From assembly GCA_950097015.1 (NCBI GenBank), contig CATNEN010000039.1, forward strand, positions 372,001 to 436,000: DNA of 64,000 bases, read 5' to 3'. The translations under genes and the position numbers were made by a program. The stretch comes from Macrostomum hystrix (Eukaryota; Animalia; Platyhelminthes). Below, piece by piece: positions 39,350 through 51,584 of this stretch. The notes under the pieces were generated by a model. It was not told where the DNA came from. It worked only from the letters and a program-made list of their open reading frames with translations, and did not search any database. Position 1 is the stretch's first letter. Each line of letters opens with the position of its first letter.

Positions 39350-41291
39350 TCAGGCCACCCTGGCGCAGATGGTGTCGGTGAACTGCGAGCAGGTGGCGCT
39401 GCCTCCCAGATCCTTGGTGCGGGCGCGGCCGTCGCCAATGCTTTCAAGGCAGGCCTTCTCAATGCGGTCAGCGAACTCGCCCAGCTGCATGTGGCGCAGC
39501 ATCATCACGGCGGACAGCAGCAGGGCGGTCGGGTTGGCCATGTCTTTGCCGGCGATGTCAGGCGCCGTGCCGTGCACGGACTCGAAAATGGCGCCGCTTT
39601 CGCCGATGTTGCCGCTGGGAGTGACGCCCAGGCCGCCCACCAGGCCAGCGCATAGGTCGCTGAGGATGTCGCCGTACAAGTTCGGCATTACTAGCACATC
39701 GTACTGGGTGGGGTCCTGGGCAGGCGAGGCACAGATGAGCCGAAATAAAGATATCAATCAGGTGAAAAAAAGGCTAATGAATAGGTAACGATGCCCCTGC
39801 AGTGAAAACCGCTCAGCCAACAGCAGGTACTCACCTGCACCATGTTGAGGCAGACGGTGTCCAGGTAAGCCTCGGCGAACTCCACTCCCGGGTGCTTGTG
39901 CGCCTCCTCACGGCAGCACTTGAGAAAGAGGCCGTCACTGAGGCGCATGATGTTGGCCTTGTGCACGGCGGTCACTTTACGCCGGCCTTCGCGCTGGGCG
40001 AACTCGAATGCGAACTTGGCCACGCGGCGCGAGGCCGTCTCGGTGATGAGCTTAATGCTCTGGACCACACCGTCCACAATGACATGCTCAATGCCCGAGT
40101 ACTCGCCCTCGGTATTCTCGCGGATGGTGACCAGGTCCACGCCTTTGTAGGGGGTCGGGTAGCCCTCCAGCGAGCGGCAGGGGCGCACGTTGGCATACAG
40201 GTTGAACTCCTTGCGCAGCGCCAGGTTAAGTGAGCGGTGGCCCTTGCCCACAGGTGTGGCCAGGGGCCCCTTCAGCCCGATGCCGTGCTTGTTTACTGAG
40301 TCGATGGCCTTCTGCGGGATGCGGAACTGCCCATCCGGACCCTTCACTGGCGTCACGTCCACCTCATCCCAGGTGATCGGCACCTATGGGCGGATATGGT
40401 ATGCATGGTAATAAATTATATTAATAATATGCACGCCACGCATCTTCTGCAGAAGTTGCCAATTATAGATGCTGCTGCGGCATGGAATACATAAATTGCA
40501 TGACTGAGATAACTGACATGAGTGGCCGGAGTGACACATGAGTGGCCGGAGTGACACATGAGTGGCCGGAGTGACAGTAGTGGCTGGAGTGACATTAGTG
40601 GCTGGAGTGACATGAGTGGCTGGAATGACATGAGAGGCCAGAGTGACAGTAGTAGCTGGAGTGAGATGAGAGGCCGGAGTGACAGTAGTAGCTGGAGTGA
40701 CATTAGTGGCTGGAGTGACATTAGAGGCTGGAGTGACATGAGAGGCCGGAGTGACATTAGTGGCTGGAGTGACACATTAGTGGCTGGAGTGAGTGACATT
40801 AGTGGCTGGAGTGACACATGAGCGGCTGGAGTGACATGAGTGGCTGGAGTGACATGAGTGGCTGGAGTGAAATTAGTGGCTGGAGTGACATGAGAGGCCG
40901 GAGTGACAGTAGTAGCTGGAGTGACATTAGTGGCTGGAGTGGCTTTAGTGGCCGGAGTGACATTGGAGGCCGGAGTGACATTAGTGGCTGGAGTGACACA
41001 TTAGTGGCTGGAGTGAGTGACATTAGTGGCTGGAGTGACACATGAGCGGCTGGAGTGACATGAGTGGCTGGAGTGACATTAGTGGCTGGAGTGACATGAC
41101 TGCCAGACCGAGGAACATACCTTGGCGGCTGCGAAAATCTTCTTAACGGAGTTGGAGATCTCAGGCCCGATTCCGTCGCCAGGAATCAACGTGACGGTGC
41201 GGGGGCCTCCGGCGGCGGACGAAATGTTCCGCCGAGCCAGCAGCGCTTGGCTGGGCCGCGTCATGAGTCGGAGCAGTTGGTGGCTGGACAT
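39350..41291 (-). CDS. IDH3A: NAD-dependent isocitrate dehydrogenase subunit alpha, mitochondrial
   Basis: Exons 41121-41291, 39835-40383, 39350-39715. Arg-rich transit peptide; [78 protein letters not shown]. Confidence 0.97.
40516..41097. repeat. 18-bp minisatellite (GAGTGGCTGGAGTGACAT) in IDH3A intron
   Basis: Tandem array with a visible ~224-bp higher-order duplication (40767 vs 40991). Confidence 0.95.
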
Positions 41292-41416
41292 TTTGCGGCT
41301 CAGGCGGTTGAAGAGCTGCAAGACAAGGGTCAGAAATAATGGCAAAAGCGGCGCAGCAGAACTCACCTCTAGCCCCACATAATACTGCTGAATCATGTTT
41401 AAGGTTGGGCATTAAG

Positions 41417-42341
41417 GGTTTTGGGGCATCAGAGGATAAGGGCACCCGATGTTTAGGGCACCAGAGGTTTGAGGCACCAGAGGTTTGGGGCACCAGAGGT
41501 TTGGGGAACCAGAGGTTTGGGGCACCAGAGGTTTGGGGCACCAGATGTTTGGGGAACCAGAGGTTTGGGGAACCAGATGTTTGGGGAACCAGATGTTTGG
41601 GGAACCAGAGGTTTGGGGCACCAGAGGTTTGGGGCACCAGATGTTTGGGAAACCAGAGGTTTGGGGAACCAGATGTTTGGGGCACCAGATGTTTGGGGCA
41701 CCAGAGGTTTGGGGAACCAGAGATTTGGGGCACCAGATGTTTGGGGAACCAGATGTTTGGGGAACCAGAGGTTTGGGGCACCAGAGGTTTGGGGAACCAG
41801 AGGTTTGGGGCACCAGAGGTTTGGGGAACCAGAGGTTTGGGGAACCAGAGGTTTGGGGCACCAGAGGTTTGGGGAACCAGAGGTTTGGGGCACCAGATGT
41901 TTGGGGCACCAGAGGTTTGGGGCACCAGATGTTTGGGGCATCAGAGGTTTGGGGCACCAGAGGTTTGGAGCACCAGAGGTTTGGAGCACCAGAGGTTTGG
42001 AGCACCAGAGGTTTGGAGCACCAGAGGTTTGGAGCACCAGAGGTTTGGAGCACCAGAGGTTTGGGGCACCAGAGGTTTGGGGCACCAGAGGTTTGGAGCA
42101 CCAGAGGTTTGGAGCACCAGAGGTTTGGAGCACCAGAGGTTTGGGGAACCAGAGGTTTGGAGCACCAGAGGTTTGGAGCACCAGAGGTTTGGGGCACCAG
42201 ATGTTTGGAGCACCAGAGGTTTGGAGCACCAGAGGTTTGGAGCACCAGAGGTTTGGGGCACCAGAGGTTTGGAGCACCAGAGGTTTGGGGCACCAGAGGT
42301 TTGGAGCACCAGAGGTTTGGGGCACCAGAGGTTTGGGGCAC
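41417..42341. repeat. 17-bp minisatellite (GCACCAGAGGTTTGGGG), >50 copies, between KIF6 and IDH3A
   Basis: Tandem array; the GGGG variant dominates the left half and the GGAG variant the right half. Source of several spurious long ORFs. Confidence 0.98.
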
Positions 42342-42739
42342 ATTGTAAACAAATGCGACCGCACATGGCGGACTTATCTACGGAATTGGTTTCGAAGCAG
42401 AAAAGACATTTAAAACACATGCCGAAGCTGTCGTTTATAAAAACTAGTTCGTTGTAAAACACAAACCACGGGAGCACACAGGAACCCAGTGGCACGCATG
42501 AAGGCATCGCTAGTAAAAGTATACTGAAACTACAAGTATCAATAAGCTAGCTGAAGAAAACGACAGGAACAAGCAAAAATTAAGGCAGAGGGAATGCAGT
42601 GCGTGATAAGCCAGGTGCGCTAATCCGCCAGATAAATGGATGGCTGCTCTGCAGAAGGCCACGGCAGAAATACAAAGCAATGCGAAAATACGAAACTGCA
42701 TGGACGGATTAGAGATGAGCTTATTGGGTCTCCCTCGAC

Positions 42740-45700
42740 TCAGTGCCGCTGCGGCTGCTTCAAAAGGCTCTGCCGGGCCCGCATGAATGCTAGGATCTCC
42801 GCGTCCGTCTCCTTGTCACCTGCAAAACGTTTGGAAGGCAGCCAATTAACAGGTACGCATAAAGCTTAGAATACTTACATTGCTCAGAATAATCCAGGGT
42901 GCACAGAACACAACCGTGAGTATTTTTCTAAATGAAAATTCAGTTTTCTCAAACTGAAATACTCACACACACTACGAGCTTGGTGCTCATAACACCCTCA
43001 CACTGCTCTGTACACTGATTGCTCAGAACAGAATTGTCTAAGCACTGAACGTCGCACTGCAAGGCCAGGAGACTCACCGGTTAGCTGAATGGCTCCAGGT
43101 GTGGTTGAAGCATCGGAGCCTGACCGGGTGGACAAGCGGTTGGCGGAGCCGCTAGGCGGCCGGCCATTGCAGGAAGCAGAAGCAGCTGCGACGGACCGGC
43201 CACCAGCGCTAACAGGCGGGGTGGGCCAAGCAGCAGGTGCTGGGGCAGCGCCAGCGTTGGTATTGCTTTGCTCGGTCCACCAGGCCTCGAAGTCCTTCAC
43301 TAGGCGCACCTTCAGCATCTCCAGCTGGTGCTGCTGATGCTCGATCTCCGCCTTGAGTGACTTGAGCCGCTGGAAGCTGTCCCTGTACTCCGACTTGCTC
43401 CGCTCCATCTCAGCCCGCAGCGTTGCCTCTTCCCCCTCGTTCGACTCGACTCCGCCGCTTCCGAGAGCGCGCCGCAGACGCGCCCGCTCGAGCCCGGCTT
43501 TGAGCCGCTCGATGGCCTGGCGCGAGTCATTCACAATGGCGCCCAGATGCTTGGCCACAGAATAATTGTCCCGCAGCCGTTGTTTGTGCCGCTCGATCTC
43601 CGGGTTGCCGGCATAGTCCCTTTTGAACAGCTCGAAGGCTTCCTGACGGCCCAAGGACAGCTGCCCACCTAGAATTCGAGCCTTAGCCGTCTGCTCCATT
43701 TGCTGGCTCAGCCGGTCCGACTCGCCACCGCTGGTCTCCGCGAGTCGAATAGGTTGTGGCTGCGCTGTGATGGACGGCAGGGAGGCTGCGTGCGACATTG
43801 AGGCACCAGAGTCAGCGGGCTTCGAGAAGGTGCGGTTGAACTTCTTAGGCGACTGATCCAGCTGCAGGCCGGGGGCTCGCGATGCCACCTGGCCATTGTG
43901 AAGAAGCGGCGTCATTCAGCAGTGGATTCAAGCACAGACAAGACAGCCTAGGTATAGCTGAGAGATATGAGTGATCAAAAATGGCAAACAAAAAAGTAGC
44001 TCGCCGCTGACTCACAACGTGAGCGCCCTGAGTCTCAGCCATTTGCTGCAGCATGACGGAGGCCTCTGCGGCCCTCCGCTTCTCCTGCTTCAGCATGCCG
44101 ACCAGGATGACGATCTCGTTGTCCCTCTGGCTTATTGTCTCTCGCAGCTCCCGCACCTCCTTTGTTGCCAGCGGCTCAGGCGCGATGGTGACAATCTGCT
44201 GCGGCAAGGCCAGCTCCGCTGGTGCAGCAGCGACAGCCGCACGGGCCGCCTCGCGCATCATGCGAAAGCACTGGTCTAGCTTTCGGCCATCGAAACCCAC
44301 ACTTGAAAGCGGGCTTGCCGCCGCATCTGCCAAGAAGGTATCCACAGCGGTGCGACAGCGCTGCAGCTCGTCTTCTGTCAACTCGTTGTCACGCTGCTCG
44401 CCAGTGAGGGCGGCGATCTCAGCCTTCAGCTGGGCCACCTCGGAGCGCAGGCGGGCTATCAGCAGACTGGGGTCCAGCTCTTCGTTCAGCACCGCGTCGT
44501 TCTTGATGAGCGCCACCCGCTGGGCAAACCGGCAGGTCGAGATGGTCTCGCCCAAGTTGGCGGCCTCCACGGACAGCGTGGCGATCATTGTGGTCATACA
44601 ATTGCCGCCCAGACTGTCCCGCAGCACTGATGTCATCATGGAGTTCCGGTACGGCACGTGGCTGCGGGAGCGCTCAGACAGGGCCACGATGACCTAGAGG
44701 GCGAGGCGAGTTCTGAATCAAATTAGGGAAAAAAAGCTCCTCCGGGACTGGCTGTTGTTCCCTGAGTTATCCCTACAAGCGAAATATGCAAAATTATCTG
44801 AATGGAAAATCATCTGGTCCCCAATCACAGTTAGCTGCAATATCCTAACCTAAGCTGACATTTTCAGTGGCAAATAGAGACAAGCAAAGCCAGTCACACC
44901 TGCTCCAGGTAGTGCAGGGACAGGTTGATGTACTTGGCCTCAGTGAGCAGGAGGCCGTTGACGCCGGTCTTGCTGACCCGCTCGCTGCCGGCCAGGTCAA
45001 CCAGGTGCAGCTTGGCGCGGCGCACCGTGGCAGAGCCGACCTCCTTCACGGTGAGGTGAACGGTGAAGATGCAGTGGGAGCGGGTGGAGGCCTGGTTCAT
45101 CGGAGTCTCGGCAATCATGCGGTTGGTGTCGCCCACGAACAGCAGGTTAAGCGCGTCCTCCTCGCTGGATGCGGGGTGAACGGACAGGTTCTTGAGGTGG
45201 ATCTGTTGGCTAGCGTCCTCGAACAGCGTGACTTTGGGAAGGTCCTCCAGACGGGCAGCCTCGTGCTTGGGGTCCAGCAGGTCGTAGCCGCTCTCGTTGT
45301 AGATTTCCAGATAGGAGACGCCCAGGCTGAACTCCAGCTCAGGTCGCTGCTCAAAGTAAGCGAAGATATAGGATAGTGTGCGTGGGATAATGCCCCGGTC
45401 CGCGTAGCGCTCGGCCCCGCCCGTCACCGTGAAAGTCTTGCCGCTGCCCGTTTGGCCATAGGCGAATATAGTGCCGTTGTAGCCGCTCAGCACATTGTTA
45501 ATGACTGGCCGAGCTACGTGCTCAAATACGTCTTCCTGGCGACAGTCGGTGGCAAACACCCGCTCGAAGCGAAACTTGAACTGCTCCTTCTTGTTGTTCA
45601 CCAGCCCGTCTGATAGCTCGCGGGGGCACACGAAGCTGATTCGCGACTGGCCCTCCGCGTCTGAGTCTACATCGTAGTTGCTAAGGCGGGCCTTGGCCGA

Positions 45701-45745
45701 AGGCGGCTTCAGCCGACAAAAGATCTGGATCGTCTGCTTCACCAT
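42740..45745 (-). CDS. KIF6: Kinesin-like protein KIF6 (kinesin-9)
   Basis: Exons 44900-45745, 44016-44693, 43078-43888, 42740-42819. MVKQTIQIF start, GQTGSGKT, NQASTRSH, DLAGSER, HVPYRNSMMTSVLRDSLGGN, and the KIF6-type C-terminus LTGDKETDAEILAFMRARQSLL. Confidence 0.96.
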
Positions 45746-45786
45746 CTGCCTCGCCGGCTTGTGGATAAGGCTGCAAGGTTGAGTGA

Positions 45787-46052
45787 ATGCTGCAGCTGTG
45801 ACAGGGGCTGCTGGATGGTTGGGGATGCTGCAACTGCGACAGGGACTGCTGGCTGGTTGGGGATGCTGCAGCTGTGACAGGGACTGCTGGATGGTTGGGG
45901 ATGCTGCAGCTGTGACAGGGGCTGCTGGATGGTTGGGGATGCTGCAACTGCGACAGGGACTGCTGGCTGGTTGGGGAAGCTGCAGCTGTGACAGGTACTT
46001 CTGGCTGGTTGGGGATGCTGCAGCTGTGACAGGTACTTCTGGATGGTTTGGG
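45787..46052. repeat. 38-bp minisatellite directly upstream of KIF6, ~7 copies
   Basis: Unit ATGCTGCAGCTGTGACAGGGACTGCTGGATGGTTGGGG. It artificially extends ORF 44894..46078 N-terminally. Confidence 0.93.
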
Positions 46053-46366
46053 ATTTTAACCAATAAATCGATGAACATTTAAAGAGAATCTTTAAATAAG
46101 AAAGAAAACGAATAAAAGCAGATTTTATTGAATCTAGCAAAATAATCAAAGCACAGTAGCTGCTCATGAAAATAATCTTTTGACTTAGAGATTTGTGTTA
46201 CCAGTGACGAAAAACATTCGCGACTCGTACCAGTAAAAATGTGGACTACACTTTGATAAGACTTTGATTTTGATGAGACTTGGACAAATATATGGAATGA
46301 CATAAAAAAGCAGCATATCTTCTTAAACCCCGCAAATTTGTTAAGAAAATTTCAAATAATTCTTCT

Positions 46367-47013
46367 GAGCAGTGGGAAGCCGAGCTCGGTGTCCAGCAGG
46401 GCAGTCACAGGTTGAGCAGTGGGAAGCCAAGCTCGGTGTCCAGCAGGGCAGTCACAGGTTGAGCAGTGAGAAGCCAAGCTTGGTGTCCAGCAGGGCAGTC
46501 ACAGGTTGAGCAGTGGGAAGCCAAGCTCGGTGTCCAGCAGGGCAGTCACAGGTTGAGCAGTGGGAAGCCAAGCTCGGTGTCCAGCAGGGCAGTCACAGGT
46601 TGAGCAGTGGGAAGCCAAGCTCGGTGTCCAGCAGGGCAGTCACAGGTTGAGCAGTGGGAAGCCTAGCTCGGTGTCCAGCAGGGCAGTCACAGGTTGAGCA
46701 GTGGGAAGCCTAGCTCGGTGTCCAGCAGGGCAGTCACAGGTTGAGCAGTGGGAAGCCTAGCTCGGTGTCCAGCAGGGCAGTCACAGGTTGAGCAGTGGGA
46801 AGCCGAGCTCGGCGTCCAGCAGGGCAGTCACAGGTTGAGCCGTGAGAAGCCAAGCTTGGTGTCCAGCAGGGCAGTCACAGGTTGAGCAGTGGGAAGCCGA
46901 GCTCGGCGTCCAGCAGGGCAGTCCCAGGTTGAGCAGTGGGAAGCCAAGCTCGGTGTCCAGCAGGGCAGTCACAGGTTGAGCAGTGGGAAGCCATGCTCGG
47001 TGTCCAGCAGGGC
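46367..47013. repeat. 47-bp minisatellite, ~14 copies, derived from the end of the adjacent minus-strand ORF
   Basis: Unit GAGCAGTGGGAAGCCAAGCTCGGTGTCCAGCAGGGCAGTCACAGGTT; its reverse complement encodes ALLDTELGFPLLNL-TGA. Confidence 0.95.
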
Positions 47014-48280
47014 AGGCGGGCAAATTCGCATTCGGCAGCCGCGGCAGGCAGCGAAAGCAGACCACAGCAGATGATGCAGTAAGCTAGGAAGGCGGCAGAT
47101 GCAGCGCCAAATGTCAGAGTAGCGGCTGAGCGGCAGGGGCGGTAGCGGCGGCGGGTTGAAGGCGAACCAGCCAGCGGAGACGGCATAGGCAAGGCCGATA
47201 ACGGGATGCGTGCCAGGTTTCGAGGCCGGCAGTTCAGCCAGGTGGCTGGTGAAGACGGGAGTGAAGCGGTCCAGCTGGCCGTTGTGCGTCTGCAGAGCCA
47301 CGCGGGCCGGCTGAGGCAGAGCACGGACAGAGGGCAGCCAGCGCCTGCCATGCTCGGTGTCCGAGATGACCACCAAGCGGCCGTTGCTGCTGGAAGGCGA
47401 CTGCAGGGGCGGTTGAGGGATAGGGTTATTTACAGAGTGCAAGCAAGGAGAGTGCAAGACAGGAGGTGTTGCCAAAGGAATCCCAGACAGGAGGTGTTGC
47501 CAAAGGAATCCCAGACAGGAGGTGTTGCCAAAGGAATCCCAGACAGGAGATGGTGCAGCGAAGTGAATCCCAGACAGGAGATGGTGCTGCCTAGGGAATC
47601 CCAGAAAGGAGATAGAGCTGATAAAAATGTTTTAGCTAGGCAGAAGTATAGTCAAGAAAAACTAATAAATCGGCCCAGCAATCGAACATAATCTTAAATA
47701 GGGAGAACATGACAGGCTGACAATGATAGTATGAGCCAAACCACAAAGAAAACATCTAACCTGGTTTCATAATCGCAGGAATTGATTCAGGCTGAAGCAT
47801 GGCTCTCCAGGTGAAGGGAGCCAGTCGCCACTCAACGCACACGGTCCACAGTAGTATAGCAAGTAGGTGCTGAAGTAGCGGCCATCAGGACCCAACTGGT
47901 CAAAAAAGCCGCGCAGTCGACGTTGAAGCAGGCAAAATGAAAGCGCATTGGGCAGGTCGTAGGCGTGACAGGCGATGCCGCGGCATTCGAGGAAGCGGCG
48001 GTGAGCTGGCAGCAGACGGAAAGTGCAGCTAAGTCTAAGCCCATGACAAGAGCGAAGACACCAGCAGCCAGCGGATCGTCAGCGGAAAGGCGGCGAAGGC
48101 CGCCACTATAGCCGAAGCCACAGGCGGCCAGAAGGCAGTCAGCTACAATGCAGGCAGCCAGCAGCCAAATGCCCAGCTGCGCGACAGATCGGGCTTCGTA
48201 GTGGCCAGTCGTGGAGTCCGGTAGATAGCGCAGGCGGCGCACTAGTTGCCAGAGCTGTGCAAGGCGCAGGCAACGTAGCA
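46969..48280 (-). CDS. Unknown multi-pass membrane protein, 3' part (5' end replaced or interrupted by a LINE fragment)
   Basis: Hydrophobic segments LGIWLLAACIVADCLLAACGF, AGVFALVMGLDLAALSVCC, AAFLTSWVLMAA (~47840-48280). Probable intron ~47401-47840 (gtgcgt..ctgcag). Last exon ends LLNL* at 46969; AATAAA (-) at 46124-46129. No family recognised. Confidence 0.45.
47456..47610. repeat. 28-bp short tandem array (AGGAGGTGTTGCCAAAGGAATCCCAGAC)
   Basis: About 5 copies, decaying rightwards. Confidence 0.85.
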
Positions 48281-48945
48281 ACACGATCAGCTGGACGGCC
48301 GCTTTCCTCGAAGATCGCAGAGCTACGGTGTGCTGGAACGGCACCATGAGCAGCCAACGCACTTTTCGGGAGGGTCTGCCACAAGGGTCGGTGCTGGCCC
48401 CGACCCTCTGGAACATCTTCGTCAACGATCTTGCCACAGACGTTACCGAGGCATCTCCCAACTGCGGAATAAGCCTGTACGCGGACGATTCGGCGCTCCT
48501 GGCCACACAACCATCCCTGCTCAAGTGTGCCGAGGTTCTCCAACCAGCTCTGGATGCCGTGACCAGCTGGTGCTCCCGCTGGAAGATCGAATTAAGTACC
48601 AACAAGTGCTGCTACTGCACGTTCACCCTTGCTCCGAATGAGGTCAATGGGAAGGTCCGGGTCCCGCTCCAGCTCGGCAATGAGCCTCTCAACTTCGACC
48701 CGAATCCCAGGTTCCTTGGCTTGGTTCTCGACGGCCAACTCAACTTCACGGCCCACGCTGCTGATGTCCGTAAGCGCATGAGCCAACGCCGCCGAGCCCT
48801 GGCTAGCCTCGCGAGCAGGAAGGCCGGTGCCTCCCAGAATGTCCTACGCACTGCCTACCTGGCGACCATCCGTGCCGTCGCCGACCATGGCTGCGGCATC
48901 TGGGGAGCGAGCGCCGCGCCGAGTACCAAATTGTTGATAGAGCAG
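48278..48945 (+). mobile_element. Non-LTR retrotransposon (LINE) reverse-transcriptase fragment
   Basis: AFLEDRRATVCWNG..GLPQGSVLAPTLWNIFVND..LYADD..WCSRWKIELSTNK..RFLGLVLDGQLNF; truncated at both ends. Confidence 0.95.
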
Positions 48946-49448
48946 CATCACACTCAGTTCATGCATCGTGGGGTCCACGTTGCACAATTCCGCAGGCTGT
49001 CGAAGTTTGGCAGGTGGTACAATGGTTGTTGGAGCTGGTGGACGCCCTGCCATGTTGGAAACTTGAGATTGAGTTGTCAAACTAAAGTTATTCTTTCAGC
49101 TTCACTTGGAATCCCCCCTTTTATCTGCATCCCATGGGTTTAACCATAGACATACACCATCTGCCACGTCAAATGAGGTGTAACACATTCTGGCACCTTT
49201 TTGAAAATAAAAACAATTAAACATGCGAAACTGCAAGATTGCAGTTATTCTAGCGAATTACTTAATTGCAAATATATATTTCTGAGTATAGGCTTTCCAA
49301 ATAATGTTACCAATTATCTCAAGTGTACAGCAATACTTTCTATTTCTTTCTCTCTCTTGAATTCTCTTAGTTTTTGTCTCTGTATATTTATAAAGAACGA
49401 GGGAACACTTCTGAGTATTGTATTCAAACTTGGTATCAAATTACAATA

Positions 49449-50090
49449 GGGTAATGTATCATCAACGGAACAGTGTATCTTCAAAACTGAACAAGAATTT
49501 TGACTTCTTCCTTGGTCTCGTGCAAGACAGAAACAATCTATTGTGTTTCACAGAACAACTAATTTGAAAGTTGAAGAAATTATCTACAAGCTGAGGCATG
49601 ATGTGCAATGAAGCATTAAGAAGAAAGAAAGATATTGATGTTTCAGTAGAAATTTTTATTGCAAAAGCATACCTTTTGACAACATTTTTTCAGTATGTAC
49701 TTTAGACAAAGATTGTATGTGGTTGCTTGCCAATTAAATGACCATAAATGTAGTTATTTATAGAGCATGAAAAATGCTTTCAAATTACATAATTCATGAT
49801 AGTTCACTCCTTAAAATAAGATTAAACCACTCACTCAAATTGTAAAACCAAACATCAAATTCTCTGTTTGGTTTGAAGATACATAAAAATCATTGTTCGG
49901 TTTTAGATAAAAAGCAGGAAAAACTTTTTTCTATTTGATAAAATAGCAAAAGCAGATACTTTTTAGAAAGATGTAACTGTTTTCTATAACTTGGCTTTTG
50001 ATTTATCATCATATCTTAAATAGAAAATCTGTAGCCTAGGTTTGAAGTAAAAAAAATACACATTCTTGTTTGGTTGATGATACATTACCC
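49449..50090 (-). mobile_element. ~640-bp MITE with TA TSD (copy 2, inverted relative to 11745-12394)
   Basis: TA|GGGTAATGTATCATCAAC ... GTTGATGATACATTACCC|TA; the body is the reverse complement of copy 1 with scattered substitutions. Confidence 0.9.
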
Positions 50091-51584
50091 TACCAAAGGT
50101 GATTTTCTGTGTAAATTCAGGATTAGGGGACAGAAACAGTGCATAGACAGCACACAGATGGTGCATGGACAACACAAAGCCTTGTAAGAAATTTTGCTTG
50201 ATTTGCCTAGAATTCCATCCTGGTAGTTTTAAAGTAGTCCCTGATTCAGATAAAGCAAGGCTACAAGATTACCCTACCAAGACAGAAATAAATAAATTGT
50301 AGGGGCCTAGGCCTAGTAGAAACATTAAAATATTAAAACTGGGCTATAAACAACTTTAGGCCCTAGTGGCAATAATATGATAATAAAGACTCAATTGTCA
50401 AATTGAAGAGTCAGAAGTTTGGTGGCAGTAGTGGAATTATGTTGATATAGGCCTATTTAAACTAAAATATTTTAAAACACCCCTGTAACATAATAGCTAG
50501 ATATAGGCATAGTTACTAACCCTAAGCAGGCTAAGCTTAAACTAGCCTACAATACCTACTGGAGTATCAAGTTTAAAAAAATCATATAAAACCCTAGCTA
50601 GCCAAGTTGGTAAATGATCAATAGGCTTAGCTAGCTATTATTAGCTATAAGCCATGTGCTTTGTACTTGTAGGCATAGTTGTAGCAGCGTAAATTTACTT
50701 TCGTTCGCGAAATTATATACATAGATACTTTAAGATTGGTGTATACTATTATTAACACACAGTAGCTACAGGCTATTCATAGCTACATTCTGTATTCACA
50801 GAAAATCACATAGTAGGTCAAGCACTAAGGACCTACTTCGTAGAAACGTTCTAATCAAAATCTAGCCATTAGGGATAATGTCTAAAATATTAGAAACTAA
50901 AGTAACATAAATGATACAAGCAAGCTAGCTCATAAGAGACGCAGGGTGGTGTGCAGAAAAGTTCACTAAGTAATGTACTATTTGATTTATGATTACAACT
51001 GCGTAAGCTTAATCAAAACTTGTTCATGTAATTTCATATATAAAATAATCAGATTGACACAGATACAATTTCCATACAATCAAATGTACGAACAAATTCA
51101 TTGTGAAAAACTTCAATCTTTCGAATTTTTCCCCAAATAGTAGACTTTGAAAGAAAATGACTGTTTTTTATCCTTAGTGTCTGGCTTTACTCAAAATAAA
51201 TAAATACAAAGAAAATGTTGGACTGTCGAGCTTTTTTCCGGTGTTTCACGCGATTAAGTAACACGGCGATCTTTCGGTTTTTGGGACAAAAGTGATATTT
51301 AAAATCTTTAGGGCGCCACTTGGAACGTGTAGGTTCGGTTTAGCGGGCCAATGAAAGGAAGTCAAAAAGTCAATAGTAAATTATCACTATTACACTTTCA
51401 AATTACATTTTCAAAATGTAATTATGACAGCCAGTCATAATTGTAGAACCGTGCAAACAGAAAATGGTACTACCACTACTACCAGACCATATTGTTTCGG
51501 TTTTGTGGATTTGCAATGGAAAATTTGCATTGAAGTTACCCTATACCGACATGTAGTAAGTCTCAATAAAAAGTTGAAATTGAA

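Noticed and set aside
41161-42507. Multiple overlapping ~190-370 aa repetitive ORFs
   Set aside because: Artefact of the 17-bp array, which is open in all six frames.
45746-46078. N-terminal extension of the KIF6 ORF
   Set aside because: Encoded by the 38-bp array; the conserved start is MVKQTIQIF at 45745.
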